Shown: positions 1 through 10,558 of the stretch, piece after piece
Layout: every line of letters begins with the position of its first letter
How positions within the stretch are numbered: the first letter of the stretch is position 1
Sequence record: SRR31156797_1515
Reading direction: 5' to 3' (one strand)
Length of the DNA stretch: 64,000 nucleotides
Made by a program: the position numbers and the translations under genes
Notes under the pieces: generated by a model
The model's database searches: none
Told to the model about the DNA's origin: nothing
The model's input: only the letters and a program-made list of their open reading frames with translations

Positions 1-1
1 A

Positions 2-1138
2 GTAACAGGAACAGTGAAAAACATCGTTGTTGCTGAAGGAACAGTTGCAAATGTTGGTGATGTTTTAGTTGAAATCGACGCACCTGGTCACAACAGTGCG
101 CCTGCTACATCAAGCGCACCTGCAGAAGCACCAAAAGAAAAAGTGGAAACTTCTGGTTCAGCAAGTGTTGTTGAAGCAGCAGATCCTAACAAACGTGTCT
201 TGGCTATGCCTTCTGTCCGTCAATTCGCTCGCGAAAAAGATGTGGATATTTCCCAAGTATCAGCAACAGGTAAAGGCGGACGTGTAACAAAAGAAGACAT
301 CGAAAACTTCCTATCAGGTGGCGGACAAGCTGCAAAAGCTGAAACTCAAGCTCCTGCGAAAGAAGAAACAAAAGCTGCAGCAACTGAAAGCAAACCAGCA
401 GCTCCAGCAAAAGCCTTCAAATCAAACTTAGGTGATTTAGAAGAACGTGTTGCCTTAACACCTACACGTAAAGCAATCGCTAAAGCGATGGTAAACAGCA
501 AACAAACAGCACCTCATGTAACCTTGCATGATGAAGTTGAAGTAACAAACCTTTGGGATAACCGTAAGAAATTCAAAGAAGTTGCTGCTGCAAACGGCAC
601 AAAACTTACTTTCTTACCATATGTTGTGAAAGCATTGACTGCAACAGTGAAAAAATTCCCTATCTTGAATGCGTCGATCGATGATGCAAAACAAGAGATC
701 GTATACAAAAACTATTACAACATCGGTATCGCAACAGATACTGACCATGGGTTGTATGTACCAAACGTAAAAGATGCAGATCGTAAAGGCATGTTTGCTA
801 TCGCTGATGAAATCAACGAAAAAGCAAAACTTGCTCATGACGGCAAATTGGCTGCAGATGATATGCGTAATGGTACCATCACAATCAGTAACATCGGTTC
901 AGTTGGTGGCGGCTGGTTCACTCCAGTAATCAACTACCCTGAAGTAGCTATTTTGGGTGTAGGTACAATCGCGCAACAACCAATCGTAAACGCTGAAGGC
1001 GAAATCGTTGTCGGACGTGTGATGAAACTTTCATTAAGCTTCGACCACCGTATCGTTGATGGCGCAACAGCGCAACAAGCAATGAATAATATCAAACGTC
1101 TATTAGCTGATCCAGAGCTATTAATGATGGAAGGATGA
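2..1138 (+). CDS. pdhC: Pyruvate dehydrogenase E2, dihydrolipoamide acetyltransferase (5' end outside the window)
   Basis: Tail of a lipoyl domain, E3-binding domain ([15 protein letters not shown]...GKGGRV) and catalytic DHRIVDG motif; frame open to the window edge; followed by E3. Confidence 0.97.
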   Translation, partial: VTGTVKNIVVAEGTVANVGDVLVEIDAPGHNSAPATSSAPAEAPKEKVETSGSASVVEAADPNKRVLAMPSVRQFAREKDVDISQVSATGKGGRVTKEDIENFLSGGGQAAKAETQAPAKEETKAAATESKPAAPAKAFKSNLGDLEERVALTPTRKAIAKAMVNSKQTAPHVTLHDEVEVTNLWDNRKKFKEVAAANGTKLTFLPYVVKALTATVKKFPILNASIDDAKQEIVYKNYYNIGIATDTDHGLYVPNVKDADRKGMFAIADEINEKAKLAHDGKLAADDMRNGTITISNIGSVGGGWFTPVINYPEVAILGVGTIAQQPIVNAEGEIVVGRVMKLSLSFDHRIVDGATAQQAMNNIKRLLADPELLMMEG

Positions 1139-1145
1139 TTAACAA

Positions 1146-2552
1146 ATGGTAGTTGGAGATTTTGCTGTTGAATTAGATACAGTTGTAATCGGTGCGGGAC
1201 CTGGCGGCTATGTAGCTGCCATCCGCGCTGCTGAAATGGGACAAAAAGTAGCAATCATTGAAAGAGAATACATCGGCGGCGTTTGTTTGAACGTTGGTTG
1301 TATCCCTTCAAAAGCCTTGATCGCTGCAGGTCATCATTATCAAGAATCTTTGGATTCAACAATGTTTGGTGTAACAAGTGAAAATGTTTCCCTTGATTTT
1401 ACCAAAACTCAAGAATGGAAAGACAACAAAGTCGTTAAAACATTAACTTCAGGTGTTGGTTTCCTATTGAAAAAACACAAAGTAGAAACGATTGAAGGAG
1501 AAGCTTTCTTCGTTGATGATCACACATTGCGTGTCATCCACCCAGATTCAGCACAAACATACTCTTTCAACAATGCAATCATCGCAACAGGTTCTCGTCC
1601 AATTGAAATCCCTGGTTTCAAATTCGGCGGACGTGTTCTTGATTCAACTGGCGGATTGGCATTAAAAGAAGTTCCTAAAAAATTCGTTGTTATCGGTGGC
1701 GGTGTCATTGGTTCTGAACTAGGTGCAGCTTATGCAAACCTAGGGGCAGAAGTAACGATCCTTGAAGGCTCTCCTCAAATCTTGCCAACCTATGAAAAAG
1801 ACATGGTCAAATTGGTTGAAGAAGACTTTGCGAAAAAAGGTGTAACAGTCGTTACCAACGCAATGGCGAAAGAAGCAATTGACAATGGCGATAGCGTAAC
1901 TGTGAAATATGCCGTAGATGGTAAAGAAGAATCAGTTACTGCTGATTACGTGATGGTTACTGTTGGTCGTCGTCCAAATACTGATGACATGGGCTTAGAA
2001 CAAGCAGGTGTTGAAGTAGGCGAACGCGGATTGATCACGGTTGACAAACAGGGCCGTACCAACGTATCAAACATCTACGCAATTGGTGATATCGTACCTG
2101 GTGCTGCATTAGCACATAAAGCTAGCTACGAAGCAAAAATCGCTGCTGAAGCAATCTCTGGTAAAAAAGTTGCCGTTGATTACAAAGCAATGCCAGCAGT
2201 TGCCTTTACTGACCCAGAATTGGCTTCTGTCGGTATGACGATCAAAGATGCCAAAGATGCTGGAATTGAAGCAAAAGCATTCAAATTCCCATTCTCAGGT
2301 AACGGTCGTGCGTTATCTCTAGGAAAAACTGAAGGATTCATCCGCTTAGTAACAACGGTTGAAGACAATGTGATCATCGGTGCGCAAATTGCTGGTCTAG
2401 GAGCAAGCGATATGGTTTCAGAACTTGCTCTTGCTATTGAATCTGGCATGAACGCAGAAGATATCGCGTTAACGATCCATCCACATCCATCTCTAGGTGA
2501 GATCACAATGGATGCTGCTGAGTTAGCTCTAGGATTACCAATCCACATTTAA
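1146..2552 (+). CDS. pdhD: Dihydrolipoamide dehydrogenase (E3)
   Basis: GAGPGGY FAD motif, [13 protein letters not shown] redox disulfide, C-terminal HPHPSLGE. Confidence 0.97.
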   Translation: MVVGDFAVELDTVVIGAGPGGYVAAIRAAEMGQKVAIIEREYIGGVCLNVGCIPSKALIAAGHHYQESLDSTMFGVTSENVSLDFTKTQEWKDNKVVKTLTSGVGFLLKKHKVETIEGEAFFVDDHTLRVIHPDSAQTYSFNNAIIATGSRPIEIPGFKFGGRVLDSTGGLALKEVPKKFVVIGGGVIGSELGAAYANLGAEVTILEGSPQILPTYEKDMVKLVEEDFAKKGVTVVTNAMAKEAIDNGDSVTVKYAVDGKEESVTADYVMVTVGRRPNTDDMGLEQAGVEVGERGLITVDKQGRTNVSNIYAIGDIVPGAALAHKASYEAKIAAEAISGKKVAVDYKAMPAVAFTDPELASVGMTIKDAKDAGIEAKAFKFPFSGNGRALSLGKTEGFIRLVTTVEDNVIIGAQIAGLGASDMVSELALAIESGMNAEDIALTIHPHPSLGEITMDAAELALGLPIHI

Positions 2553-2560
2553 GCTTTGTG

Positions 2561-2594
2561 AAACTCGTTCATCATTTGGTGAACGAGTTTTTTT
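2561..2594 (+). terminator. Intrinsic terminator of the pdh operon
   Basis: AAACTCGTTCA/TGAACGAGTTT stem followed by a T-run. Confidence 0.9.
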
Positions 2595-2623
2595 ATCACC
2601 AGAAATAAAGCGATCCTATGCTA

Positions 2624-2652
2624 TTGACAGAATCTTCTGGAAATGATACGAT
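2624..2652 (+). promoter_or_regulatory. SigA promoter for the T-box-metY transcript
   Basis: TTGACA (2624-2629), 17-bp spacer, TG-n-TACGAT (2647-2652). Confidence 0.8.
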
Positions 2653-2664
2653 GCTCTTAATATT

Positions 2665-2942
2665 TCAACCGTTGATGAGAAAAGTAAATTGATTTGGCAA
2701 GCCTAGAGAGTCTTCGTAAGGTGCAAGAAGAACTTGTAGGATCAATCGAAAATGGCCTCTAAGGTGATCTTCTGAACTTGTACGAAAGATAAGGAGATCC
2801 GGGTGCGCCCGCTATCGCGTCAGAGTATAACGACGTTTATTTGTCGCGTACTTGCTGAGAAGCATGCTGGAAAGTCTGCTTGAATAAAGGTGGTAACACG
2901 TAAACACGTCCTTTGATATCTCGATATCAGAGGGCTTTTTTA
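2665..2942 (+). ncRNA. T-box riboswitch, probable Met (AUG) specifier
   Basis: Stem I AGAGA and GGTGnnA motifs, specifier loop GAAAATGG (ATG 2752-2754), T-box AAGGTGGTAACACG (2887-2900) pairing with CGTCCTT, and terminator GTCCTTTGATATC/GATATCAGAGGGC plus T-run. Confidence 0.9.
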
Positions 2943-2966
2943 TTTGCATTATTAAGGAGGAATAGT

Positions 2967-4238
2967 ATGACAGAAAGATTTGAGACGATTCAATTACACG
3001 GAGGACAAATACCAGATCCTACCACAGGAAGTCGCGCCGTACCCATTTATCAAACCACATCCTATGTGTTTGATGATGCTGACCAAGCGGCAGCGAGATT
3101 TAGTCTTAGTGAGAGCGGCAATATCTATACCCGTATTACCAATCCGACGACCGCGGTTCTAGAAGAGCGATTAGCCCTATTAGAAGGTGGTGTCGGTGCG
3201 TTAGCTACGGCTTCTGGCTCAGCAGCGATCACCTATGCAATTTTAAATCTCGCGCAAGCAGGAGATCATATCGTTTCTGCTGCTTCAATTTATGGCGGTA
3301 CCTATAATTTGTTCGCCCATACATTGCCAGATTTTGGCATCACCACAAGCTTTGTCGATAGTGAAGATCTACCAGCACTAAAAGCAGCCATCCAAGAAAA
3401 TACCAAAGCAGTTTTTCTAGAGTCTTTAGGCAATCCAGATATTGATATTGCCGACTTTAAAAAGATTGCAGCGATCGCTCATGAAGCCGGGATTCCCCTC
3501 ATCATTGACAACACCTTTGCGACTCCCTATCTTTTTCGAGGGTTTGAGCACGGGGCGGACATCATCGTTTATTCCACGACAAAATACCTCGGTGGTCACG
3601 GGGCTGTTTTAGGAGGGGCTATTATTGATAGTGGCAACTTTGATTGGACAAACGGCAAATTTCCCAAGCTGGTCGATCCCGATCATAGTTACCATGGAAT
3701 CTCATGGGTAGAAGCCGCTGGTAACGCTGCCTATATCACTCGGGCCCGAACGATTCTTTTACGGGATACAGGTGCTGCGATTTCTCCCTTCAATTCATGG
3801 GTGTTGCTTTTAGGCATCGAGACCCTCTCGTTGCGGATGGAACGTCATGTAGAAAATGCGCAACAAGTTGCTGAATTTTTAGCCAAGCACCCGGAAGTTT
3901 CTTGGGTTCATTTCCCAACCCTGCCGGACAGTCCTTATTTTAAGCGGGCGCAGGAGTATTTCCCCAAAGGGACCAGTTCGGTCTTTTCCTTCGGATTAAA
4001 GGGTGGGGCAGAAGCAAGCAAAACCTTTTGTGGCGCAACTAAGCTCTTCTCGCTACTGGCGAACGTTGGCGATGCAAAGTCCTTGATCATCCATCCAGCT
4101 TCGACGACCCATTCTCAGCTTAGCGTAGAAGAACTTGCAGCAGCCAAAATTCGTCCAGAGACGATTCGCTTATCCATTGGATTGGAAAACATCGACGATC
4201 TATTGGAAGATCTCACGCAAGCCTTCCAACAGCTCTAA
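2967..4238 (+). CDS. metY: O-acetylhomoserine aminocarboxypropyltransferase / sulfhydrylase
   Basis: Cys/Met metabolism PLP motifs (YTRITNPT, STTKYLGGHG, ANVGDAKSLIIHPASTTH). Start moved to ATG 2967 after RBS AAGGAGG because the longer ORF begins inside the T-box terminator. Confidence 0.9.
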   Translation: MTERFETIQLHGGQIPDPTTGSRAVPIYQTTSYVFDDADQAAARFSLSESGNIYTRITNPTTAVLEERLALLEGGVGALATASGSAAITYAILNLAQAGDHIVSAASIYGGTYNLFAHTLPDFGITTSFVDSEDLPALKAAIQENTKAVFLESLGNPDIDIADFKKIAAIAHEAGIPLIIDNTFATPYLFRGFEHGADIIVYSTTKYLGGHGAVLGGAIIDSGNFDWTNGKFPKLVDPDHSYHGISWVEAAGNAAYITRARTILLRDTGAAISPFNSWVLLLGIETLSLRMERHVENAQQVAEFLAKHPEVSWVHFPTLPDSPYFKRAQEYFPKGTSSVFSFGLKGGAEASKTFCGATKLFSLLANVGDAKSLIIHPASTTHSQLSVEELAAAKIRPETIRLSIGLENIDDLLEDLTQAFQQL

Positions 4239-4255
4239 ATAGTTGAAGCAGTAGG

Positions 4256-4286
4256 AAAAGCGCAGGATACTATGCTGCGCTTTTTT
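4256..4286 (+). terminator. Intrinsic terminator after metY
   Basis: AAAAGCGCAG/CTGCGCTTTT stem plus T-run. Confidence 0.8.
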
Positions 4287-4400
4287 GTTGTGGGTTAGTG
4301 TTTCAAATAAAACTGCGGTTTCTGTTTATAGAAGGATAGTAAATCCATCGGTTCTATGCTATATTTAGTTGCTAAGGAATATGGATAAGGTGGGGGATGT

Positions 4401-5600
4401 ATGCGTAATCATGCAAGTGACAAGAGGATTCGGTTTTACTACACAAGTTTGCAATTTCTTTATTGGATGATGTTTTGCTCAATCTATGGCTTTGCGACAC
4501 TCTTTTTGATTTATTTCAAGGTCGATCCAGCAAAAATTGGCGGTATTTTAGCCCTAGTCAATATTGCGTCTACGATTTTGCAGCCCTTCATCAGTCAAGT
4601 CATTATCAAAAAAAGCAAAGTACCACTGATCGTTGTCTTGAAAACGATGACAATCGGCGTGGTCGCGGTGCTCTTAGCAGGTGTGATTGTCCCTGCATTA
4701 TCAATACTGACCTATGTTTTAGGAGGGGTTTTGCTCGTTTCCATGCAGTCCTTTCTCAACGCCTTGGCGTTTGAATACACGAATAGCGGCAACAAAATCA
4801 ATTTTGGCTTTTCGCGTGCCGGTGGGTCACTAGGATTTGCGGGTACCTCCTTTTTACTGGGGCAGCTCTTAGAGGAGTTTTCGGCAGCCCTTTTGCCAAT
4901 GATCGCTATCGGGCAAGCCGTTTTGTTTCTCATTATTTTGCTTTTGCTGCCAGCGATCAAGAAGCCAGAAATGCCCGTGATGCTTACAGAACAAAGTCAT
5001 TCAGGTGCCTTTTTGAAAAAATATCCTTTTTTGCTCTTTCTCTTTGTCGGGTTTAGCTTTCTCTTTAGCTTCCACACGATGATCAACAGTTTTTTGGCAC
5101 AAATTTTTGCCGATATTGGCGGTGGCAGTAAGGAAGTTGGCATCGCCCTGATGATTGCGGCGTTATGCGAATTGCCGGGTATGATTTTCTTTGAACAGTT
5201 AGTGAGGATACGGTCTAGCCGTTTTTGGCTGTTGCTGTCCAGTGTTGCCTTTGCCATTCGTGGGGTGCTGATGCTGTTGATCAGCTCCATCATCCTGATG
5301 GAAATTAGCCATTTGATGCAAGGGGTTAGTTTTGCCTTGTTTATTCCTGCTTCTGCTTATTTGTTCAACCATAGTTTGGCAGATGAAGACCGGGTTTTTG
5401 GACAAACGATCATCATTATCGCTACCACGATCGGTGGCGTGATCGGCAACCTTTTAGGGGGGATGCTGATCCAAAGCTTCGGTGTCTGGGAAATGCTTTT
5501 GATTGGGACTGGGTTTGCCGTTTTGGGTGCTGCATTGACCTTTATCGGTGTGAAAAAAATCCCTAAAAGCAACAAAAAATTAGCGATCATAAGCGAATGA
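4401..5600 (+). CDS. MFS transporter (MFS_1-like), substrate unknown
   Basis: About 12 hydrophobic segments, FGFSRAGGSLGF and CELPGMIF motifs. Confidence 0.85.
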   Translation: MRNHASDKRIRFYYTSLQFLYWMMFCSIYGFATLFLIYFKVDPAKIGGILALVNIASTILQPFISQVIIKKSKVPLIVVLKTMTIGVVAVLLAGVIVPALSILTYVLGGVLLVSMQSFLNALAFEYTNSGNKINFGFSRAGGSLGFAGTSFLLGQLLEEFSAALLPMIAIGQAVLFLIILLLLPAIKKPEMPVMLTEQSHSGAFLKKYPFLLFLFVGFSFLFSFHTMINSFLAQIFADIGGGSKEVGIALMIAALCELPGMIFFEQLVRIRSSRFWLLLSSVAFAIRGVLMLLISSIILMEISHLMQGVSFALFIPASAYLFNHSLADEDRVFGQTIIIIATTIGGVIGNLLGGMLIQSFGVWEMLLIGTGFAVLGAALTFIGVKKIPKSNKKLAIISE

Positions 5601-5611
5601 TCGATAGGTAG

Positions 5612-5654
5612 AAAAAAGAGTTGCGGCCGTATTTCCTTCGGTCGCAACTCTTTT
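5612..5654. terminator. Bidirectional terminator between convergent MFS and PfpI genes
   Basis: AAAAGAGTTGCGGCCG/CGGTCGCAACTCTTTT with A- and T-runs on either side. Confidence 0.85.
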
Positions 5655-5672
5655 GAATCTGATCAATGGGTA

Positions 5673-6197
5673 CTATTTCTTTTCTAAAACAGCAATAAAT
5701 TCCCGCATATAGTCTGGTAGATCTGGGGGACGGCGGCTGGAAACGATATGTCCATCCGTAACCACAGGTGTATCGACCCATGTGGCTCCAGCATTTGTCA
5801 TATCATCTTTGATGCCTGGTGTACTGGTAACCGTCTTGCCTTGCAGGATATTCGCAGAAATCAAGACCCAGCCTGCATGACAGATTTGTCCAATGATTTT
5901 TTGGTCTTTGTCCATCGTTCGCACGAAAGAGATGACCTCTGGGAAACGCCGTAATTTATCAGGTGCCCAACCACCCGGAACTAAGATGGCATCGTAGTCA
6001 TCGGCGTGAATATCAGAAAAAGCATAGGCTGATTCTGCGGGTACACCATATTTGCCAATATACGTTTTATGCGCTTCTTCACCGACTAAATCGACTTGTG
6101 CGCCTTCTTCCCGTAACCGATGGACCGGATACCAAAGTTCTAAATCTTCGAAATCATTGTCGACTAAGGCAATGATTTTTTTGTTTTCTAAACGCAA
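5673..6197 (-). CDS. PfpI/DJ-1 family protein (type 1 glutamine amidotransferase-like)
   Basis: FEDLEL, VPGGWAPD and nucleophile ICHAGW motifs; TTG start with AGGAGG RBS. Confidence 0.92.
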   Translation of the reverse strand: MRLENKKIIALVDNDFEDLELWYPVHRLREEGAQVDLVGEEAHKTYIGKYGVPAESAYAFSDIHADDYDAILVPGGWAPDKLRRFPEVISFVRTMDKDQKIIGQICHAGWVLISANILQGKTVTSTPGIKDDMTNAGATWVDTPVVTDGHIVSSRRPPDLPDYMREFIAVLEKK

Positions 6198-6322
6198 GAG
6201 AATTCCTCCTTTTTCTTGTTATTCTTACTGTAACATCATGCCAAGGGAAACACCAAAAGTATGCTTCCTGAAAAATGCCAAGAAGCTATTCTGAGAATGG
6301 TCGTTCAGAGAAATGATATTGA

Positions 6323-6336
6323 TGTAAGCGTTGTAA
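6323..6336. promoter_or_regulatory. Possible cre (CcpA) site
   Basis: TGTAAGCGTTGTAA, one mismatch to TGWNANCGNTNWCA, in a divergent intergenic region. Confidence 0.35.
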
Positions 6337-6385
6337 TCATTAGGGGAGTAAGCGATAATAAAAGAAAGCCAAAGGAGGCGAAGAT

Positions 6386-7291
6386 ATGGAAGCATTCGAA
6401 AAAGCACGAAAATTTATTTACAAAAACGCGCGCCCTTTAGACCTTGCTCGTTGGCAGTACCATTTTGAAAATGGATCTCGCGAGGCTGTATTACAGGCGT
6501 TACAAGTCTACCAAAATGAAGATGGTGGTTATGGGCATGGTTTGGAACCTGATTATTGGAATCCCAATAGTACACCGATTGCAGTGTGGGAGGCATGTCG
6601 AATTTTACGAGAGCTTGAATGCCTTCATTCGTCAAATCCACAAGTCCAAGGGATTCTAAGGTATTTAGCTAGTGGAAAAGAATTTTCTGAAGGGAAATGG
6701 CTCAACCAAGTGCCGTCAACGGTATCCTATCCGCATGCGATTTGGTGGGAGAGTCCTGTGGGCGTGCCAGCAGACAACCCAACGGTCAGTCTAGCTGGTA
6801 CGATCTTAAGAACAGGGGAAACGACCCTCTATCAAAAAGCACAAGAAATCGCCGAAACAGCAGTTGCAAGTTTTCTTAAGGAGCCAACCAGTGAAATGCA
6901 CACATTAGTCGTCTATCTAGAATTATTACAAGACTGTGAAGAAATCCAGTATCAGCCTGTTTTAGCAAATGAACGCTTTCGCGAGATCTTATTCTGGCAA
7001 ATTCGCCATGCAGTCTCAAACGAGCCAGAAGAGTGGTTCACATCTTATGTCAGCAAACCTTCAAATTTTTTCTTTACAAGAGAGCAGCTGCTTGGGATTT
7101 TTAGTGAAGAAATATGTAAAAAAGAAGCCGAAGAAATTTTAGAACACCAACAAGCAGACGGATCATTTGTCATTCCATGGCAATGGGGAACAGATTACCC
7201 AGAGTTTTTCATTAGTAAACAGTGGTGGAAATCAATTGCTATCATTAAAAATTTTTTGTTTTTGCGGGCTTTTCTAGACGAACCTTTTTGA
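6386..7291 (+). CDS. Uncharacterised prenyltransferase/squalene-oxidase-repeat-like (alpha/alpha toroid) protein
   Basis: QW-like motifs QNEDGGYG and QQADGSF; RBS AAGGAGG. Confidence 0.7.
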   Translation: MEAFEKARKFIYKNARPLDLARWQYHFENGSREAVLQALQVYQNEDGGYGHGLEPDYWNPNSTPIAVWEACRILRELECLHSSNPQVQGILRYLASGKEFSEGKWLNQVPSTVSYPHAIWWESPVGVPADNPTVSLAGTILRTGETTLYQKAQEIAETAVASFLKEPTSEMHTLVVYLELLQDCEEIQYQPVLANERFREILFWQIRHAVSNEPEEWFTSYVSKPSNFFFTREQLLGIFSEEICKKEAEEILEHQQADGSFVIPWQWGTDYPEFFISKQWWKSIAIIKNFLFLRAFLDEPF

Positions 7292-7400
7292 AGTCGGTCA
7301 TCTTTTAATCAGCGATCTCGTTGAAAGAACAAAGGAATTTCCTTCTTATTTGAGATTCATGGAGTTCAGCTTCTAGAAATCCAAATAGTTTGTAAACCAG

Positions 7401-7432
7401 AGGTACATTCATTGCCAGAATGTACCTTTTTT
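7401..7432 (+). terminator. Intrinsic terminator
   Basis: AGGTACATTC/GAATGTACCT plus T-run. Confidence 0.75.
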
Positions 7433-7498
7433 GCAGCGGAGGCTCTGACCTATTTTCAATTTTGTGGTACACTGAATAAGATGAATAGGAGTGGTAAT

Positions 7499-7771
7499 AT
7501 GCGGGATTATCAATATCCTCTGGACTTAGATTGGTCGACGGATGAAATGGTCGTCGTCATGAAGATGTGGGAACGGTTAGAACAAGCCTATGAAAAAGGC
7601 CTTCCTAGCAGCACGTTTCTTGAGGCGTATCAAGCCTTTAAGAAAGTCGTTCCCAGCATTGGCGAGGAACGCCGTTTAGGTAGAGAATTTGAAGAACTAT
7701 CAGGCTATTCGTTATACCATGCCGTGCAGGCAGCGAAAAAGACTGAGGGAAAACTAAAAATGAAAGGGTAG
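7499..7771 (+). CDS. UPF0223 family protein (YktA-like)
   Basis: YQYPLDLDWST...AYEKG...SGYSLY signature; ATG 7499 after AGGAG; conserved position upstream of suhB-typA. Confidence 0.85.
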   Translation: MRDYQYPLDLDWSTDEMVVVMKMWERLEQAYEKGLPSSTFLEAYQAFKKVVPSIGEERRLGREFEELSGYSLYHAVQAAKKTEGKLKMKG

Positions 7772-7779
7772 ATCAACGA

Positions 7780-8547
7780 ATGCATGAAATCGTTAATGAA
7801 GTTCGCCAGTGGATGATCGCTGCAGGCGAAAGGATCAAAGGCAATTTAAATAAAGAAGACTTGGTGGTCGAGACAAAATCAGGACGGAAAGACTTAGTGA
7901 CAGAATTGGATAAAGCCACGCAAGATTTTCTGATTGGTAAGATCCAATCCTATGATCCGGATGCCAAAATTTTAGGTGAAGAAAACGGACTGGATACACT
8001 TGCCGACATGAGTGGACGGGTCTTCATCATTGATCCGATCGATGGAACCATGAATTTCGTGTTGGAAAAAGAAAACTTTTGTATCATGATCGCGATCTAC
8101 GAAGAGGGCAAAGGGCGCTTTGGTTTTGTCTATAATGTCATGAAAGATGAATTCTTATGGGGGGGTCCAGAGATTGGTGTTTATAACAATGGCAAGAAGA
8201 TCGAACCGCCGAAAGATATTGCCTTATCCGAGGGTCTCGTTGGCTTGAATTCACCCATGTTGATCCATAACCGCCACCACGAAACTGAAGTCAGTGACAA
8301 AGCATTAGGCATTCGTATGACTGGATGTGCTGGGGTAGAGTTGATCGCCCTCGCTAAAGGACAAAGAGCAGGCTATCTTTCTCATCTTGCGCCATGGGAT
8401 TATGCGCCAGGGGGCGTTTTGTTAGAAACCCTTGGATTAAAAATGGCAAACATCAAAGGAGAGCCGCTATCCTTGAATGGACGGGAATTGTTTATCGGCG
8501 GTACACCGAAAGCTTTTGAAGAATTATTGGCGATCGTTAATCAATAA
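7780..8547 (+). CDS. suhB: Inositol monophosphatase family protein
   Basis: DLVT, GEE, IIDPIDGTMNF and PWDYA motifs. Confidence 0.9.
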   Translation: MHEIVNEVRQWMIAAGERIKGNLNKEDLVVETKSGRKDLVTELDKATQDFLIGKIQSYDPDAKILGEENGLDTLADMSGRVFIIDPIDGTMNFVLEKENFCIMIAIYEEGKGRFGFVYNVMKDEFLWGGPEIGVYNNGKKIEPPKDIALSEGLVGLNSPMLIHNRHHETEVSDKALGIRMTGCAGVELIALAKGQRAGYLSHLAPWDYAPGGVLLETLGLKMANIKGEPLSLNGRELFIGGTPKAFEELLAIVNQ

Positions 8548-8548
8548 G

Positions 8549-8584
8549 AAAAAAACCAGATATTTTATTAATATCTGGTTTTTT
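8549..8584 (+). terminator. Intrinsic terminator after suhB
   Basis: AAAAAACCAGATATT/AATATCTGGTTTTTT. Confidence 0.8.
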
Positions 8585-8677
8585 CTGTAAAAATGAAAAC
8601 TTTGCACTATATTTCAGAAAGAAATTCTGGTATAATGGCTTGTCGAGTGCAATGTCACCAAAAAAGGAGTTTATAAA

Positions 8678-10507
8678 TTGAATATTAGAAATGATATCCG
8701 CAACGTCGCTATTATTGCCCACGTTGACCACGGAAAAACTACATTAGTTGATGAATTATTGAAACAATCCCAAACGTTAGATAGCCATACCCAATTACAA
8801 GAACGGGCGATGGATTCAAATGCGATCGAAAAAGAACGTGGCATCACGATCTTAGCGAAAAATACAGCGGTTGAATACAACGGTACAAAAATCAATATCA
8901 TGGATACCCCAGGACACGCGGACTTTGGTGGTGAAGTAGAGCGGATCATGAAAATGGTCGATGGTGTTGTTTTGGTTGTTGATGCTTATGAAGGAACGAT
9001 GCCTCAAACACGTTTCGTATTGAAAAAAGCGTTGGAACAACACTTAGTGCCAATCGTAGTTGTCAACAAAATCGACAAACCATCTGCTCGTCCTGAGCAT
9101 GTTGTCGATGAAGTCTTAGAACTATTTATTGAATTAGGTGCCGACGATGACCAATTGGACTTCCCAGTGATCTACGCTTCTGCGATCAATGGAACTTCAA
9201 GTGAATCAGATGATCCTGCTGATCAACAAAAAACGATGGCACCATTGTTTGATACGATCATCGAACATATTCCAGCGCCAATCGACAACAGCGACGAACC
9301 ATTGCAATTCCAAGTATCATTGCTTGATTACAATGACTACGTTGGACGTATCGGTATTGGCCGTGTCTTCCGCGGATCAATCAAAGTCGGCGACCAAGTT
9401 GCATTGATGAAATTAAACGGAGAAGTTAAAAAATTCCGTGTGACGAAACTTTTCGGTTTCTTCGGTTTGAAACGTTTGGAAATCCAAGAAGCCAAAGCCG
9501 GTGATTTGATTGCTGTTTCTGGGATGGAAGATATCTTCGTTGGTGAAACTGTTACACCAATCGATCATCAAGATTCATTACCTGTTTTACACATTGATGA
9601 ACCAACTTTGCAAATGACCTTTATCGTGAACAATTCACCATTTGCGGGTCGCGAAGGAAAATTCGTAACCGCTCGTAAAATTGAAGAACGCTTAATGGCG
9701 CAATTGCAAACAGACGTTTCATTGCGTGTGGATCCAATCGGACCTGATTCATGGATCGTTTCTGGACGTGGCGAACTTCATTTGTCAATTTTGATCGAAA
9801 ATATGCGTCGTGAAGGCTTTGAATTGCAAGTTTCTCGTCCAGAAGTTATCGAACGCGAAATCGATGGCGTGAAATGCGAACCATTTGAACGGGTGCAAAT
9901 CGATACCCCAGAAGAATACATGGGATCAGTAATCGAATCATTGGGAATGCGTAAAGCAGAAATGCAAGATATGATCAATACAGGGAATGGACAAGTACGG
10001 ATCATTTTCTTGGCACCAGCTCGTGGCTTGATCGGTTACACGACAGAATTCCTATCAATGACTCGCGGCTACGGCATCATGCACCACACCTTCGATCAAT
10101 ATTTGCCAATGATCCAAGGACAAATTGGTGGCCGTCATCAAGGCGCACTTGTATCGATCGATACAGGAAAAGCAACGACTTACTCGATCATGAGTATTGA
10201 AGAACGTGGAACGGTCTTCGTTGAACCAGGTACCGAAGTGTACGAAGGAATGATCATTGGTGAAAACTCTCGTGACAAAGACTTAACGGTCAATATCACG
10301 AAAGCAAAACAAATGACCAACGTCCGTTCTGCAAACAAAGACCAAACCTCAGTTATCAAGAAACCTCGTATTCTTTCTTTGGAAGAATCACTGGAATTCT
10401 TGAATGATGATGAATACTGTGAAGTAACACCAGAAAGCATTCGTTTAAGAAAACAAATCTTGAACAAGAGCGAACGGGAAAAATCACAGAAAAAGAAAAA
10501 TAACTGA
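8678..10507 (+). CDS. typA: Translational GTPase TypA/BipA
   Basis: AHVDHGKTT, RGITILAK, DTPGHADF, NKID and the BipA C-terminal domain; TTG start; extended -10 TGGTATAAT at 8628-8636. Confidence 0.97.
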   Translation: MNIRNDIRNVAIIAHVDHGKTTLVDELLKQSQTLDSHTQLQERAMDSNAIEKERGITILAKNTAVEYNGTKINIMDTPGHADFGGEVERIMKMVDGVVLVVDAYEGTMPQTRFVLKKALEQHLVPIVVVNKIDKPSARPEHVVDEVLELFIELGADDDQLDFPVIYASAINGTSSESDDPADQQKTMAPLFDTIIEHIPAPIDNSDEPLQFQVSLLDYNDYVGRIGIGRVFRGSIKVGDQVALMKLNGEVKKFRVTKLFGFFGLKRLEIQEAKAGDLIAVSGMEDIFVGETVTPIDHQDSLPVLHIDEPTLQMTFIVNNSPFAGREGKFVTARKIEERLMAQLQTDVSLRVDPIGPDSWIVSGRGELHLSILIENMRREGFELQVSRPEVIEREIDGVKCEPFERVQIDTPEEYMGSVIESLGMRKAEMQDMINTGNGQVRIIFLAPARGLIGYTTEFLSMTRGYGIMHHTFDQYLPMIQGQIGGRHQGALVSIDTGKATTYSIMSIEERGTVFVEPGTEVYEGMIIGENSRDKDLTVNITKAKQMTNVRSANKDQTSVIKKPRILSLEESLEFLNDDEYCEVTPESIRLRKQILNKSEREKSQKKKNN

Positions 10508-10558
10508 TAACTAAAACAGTGATCAAAAGTTTTAAACACTTCTGATCTGTTCGATTTT

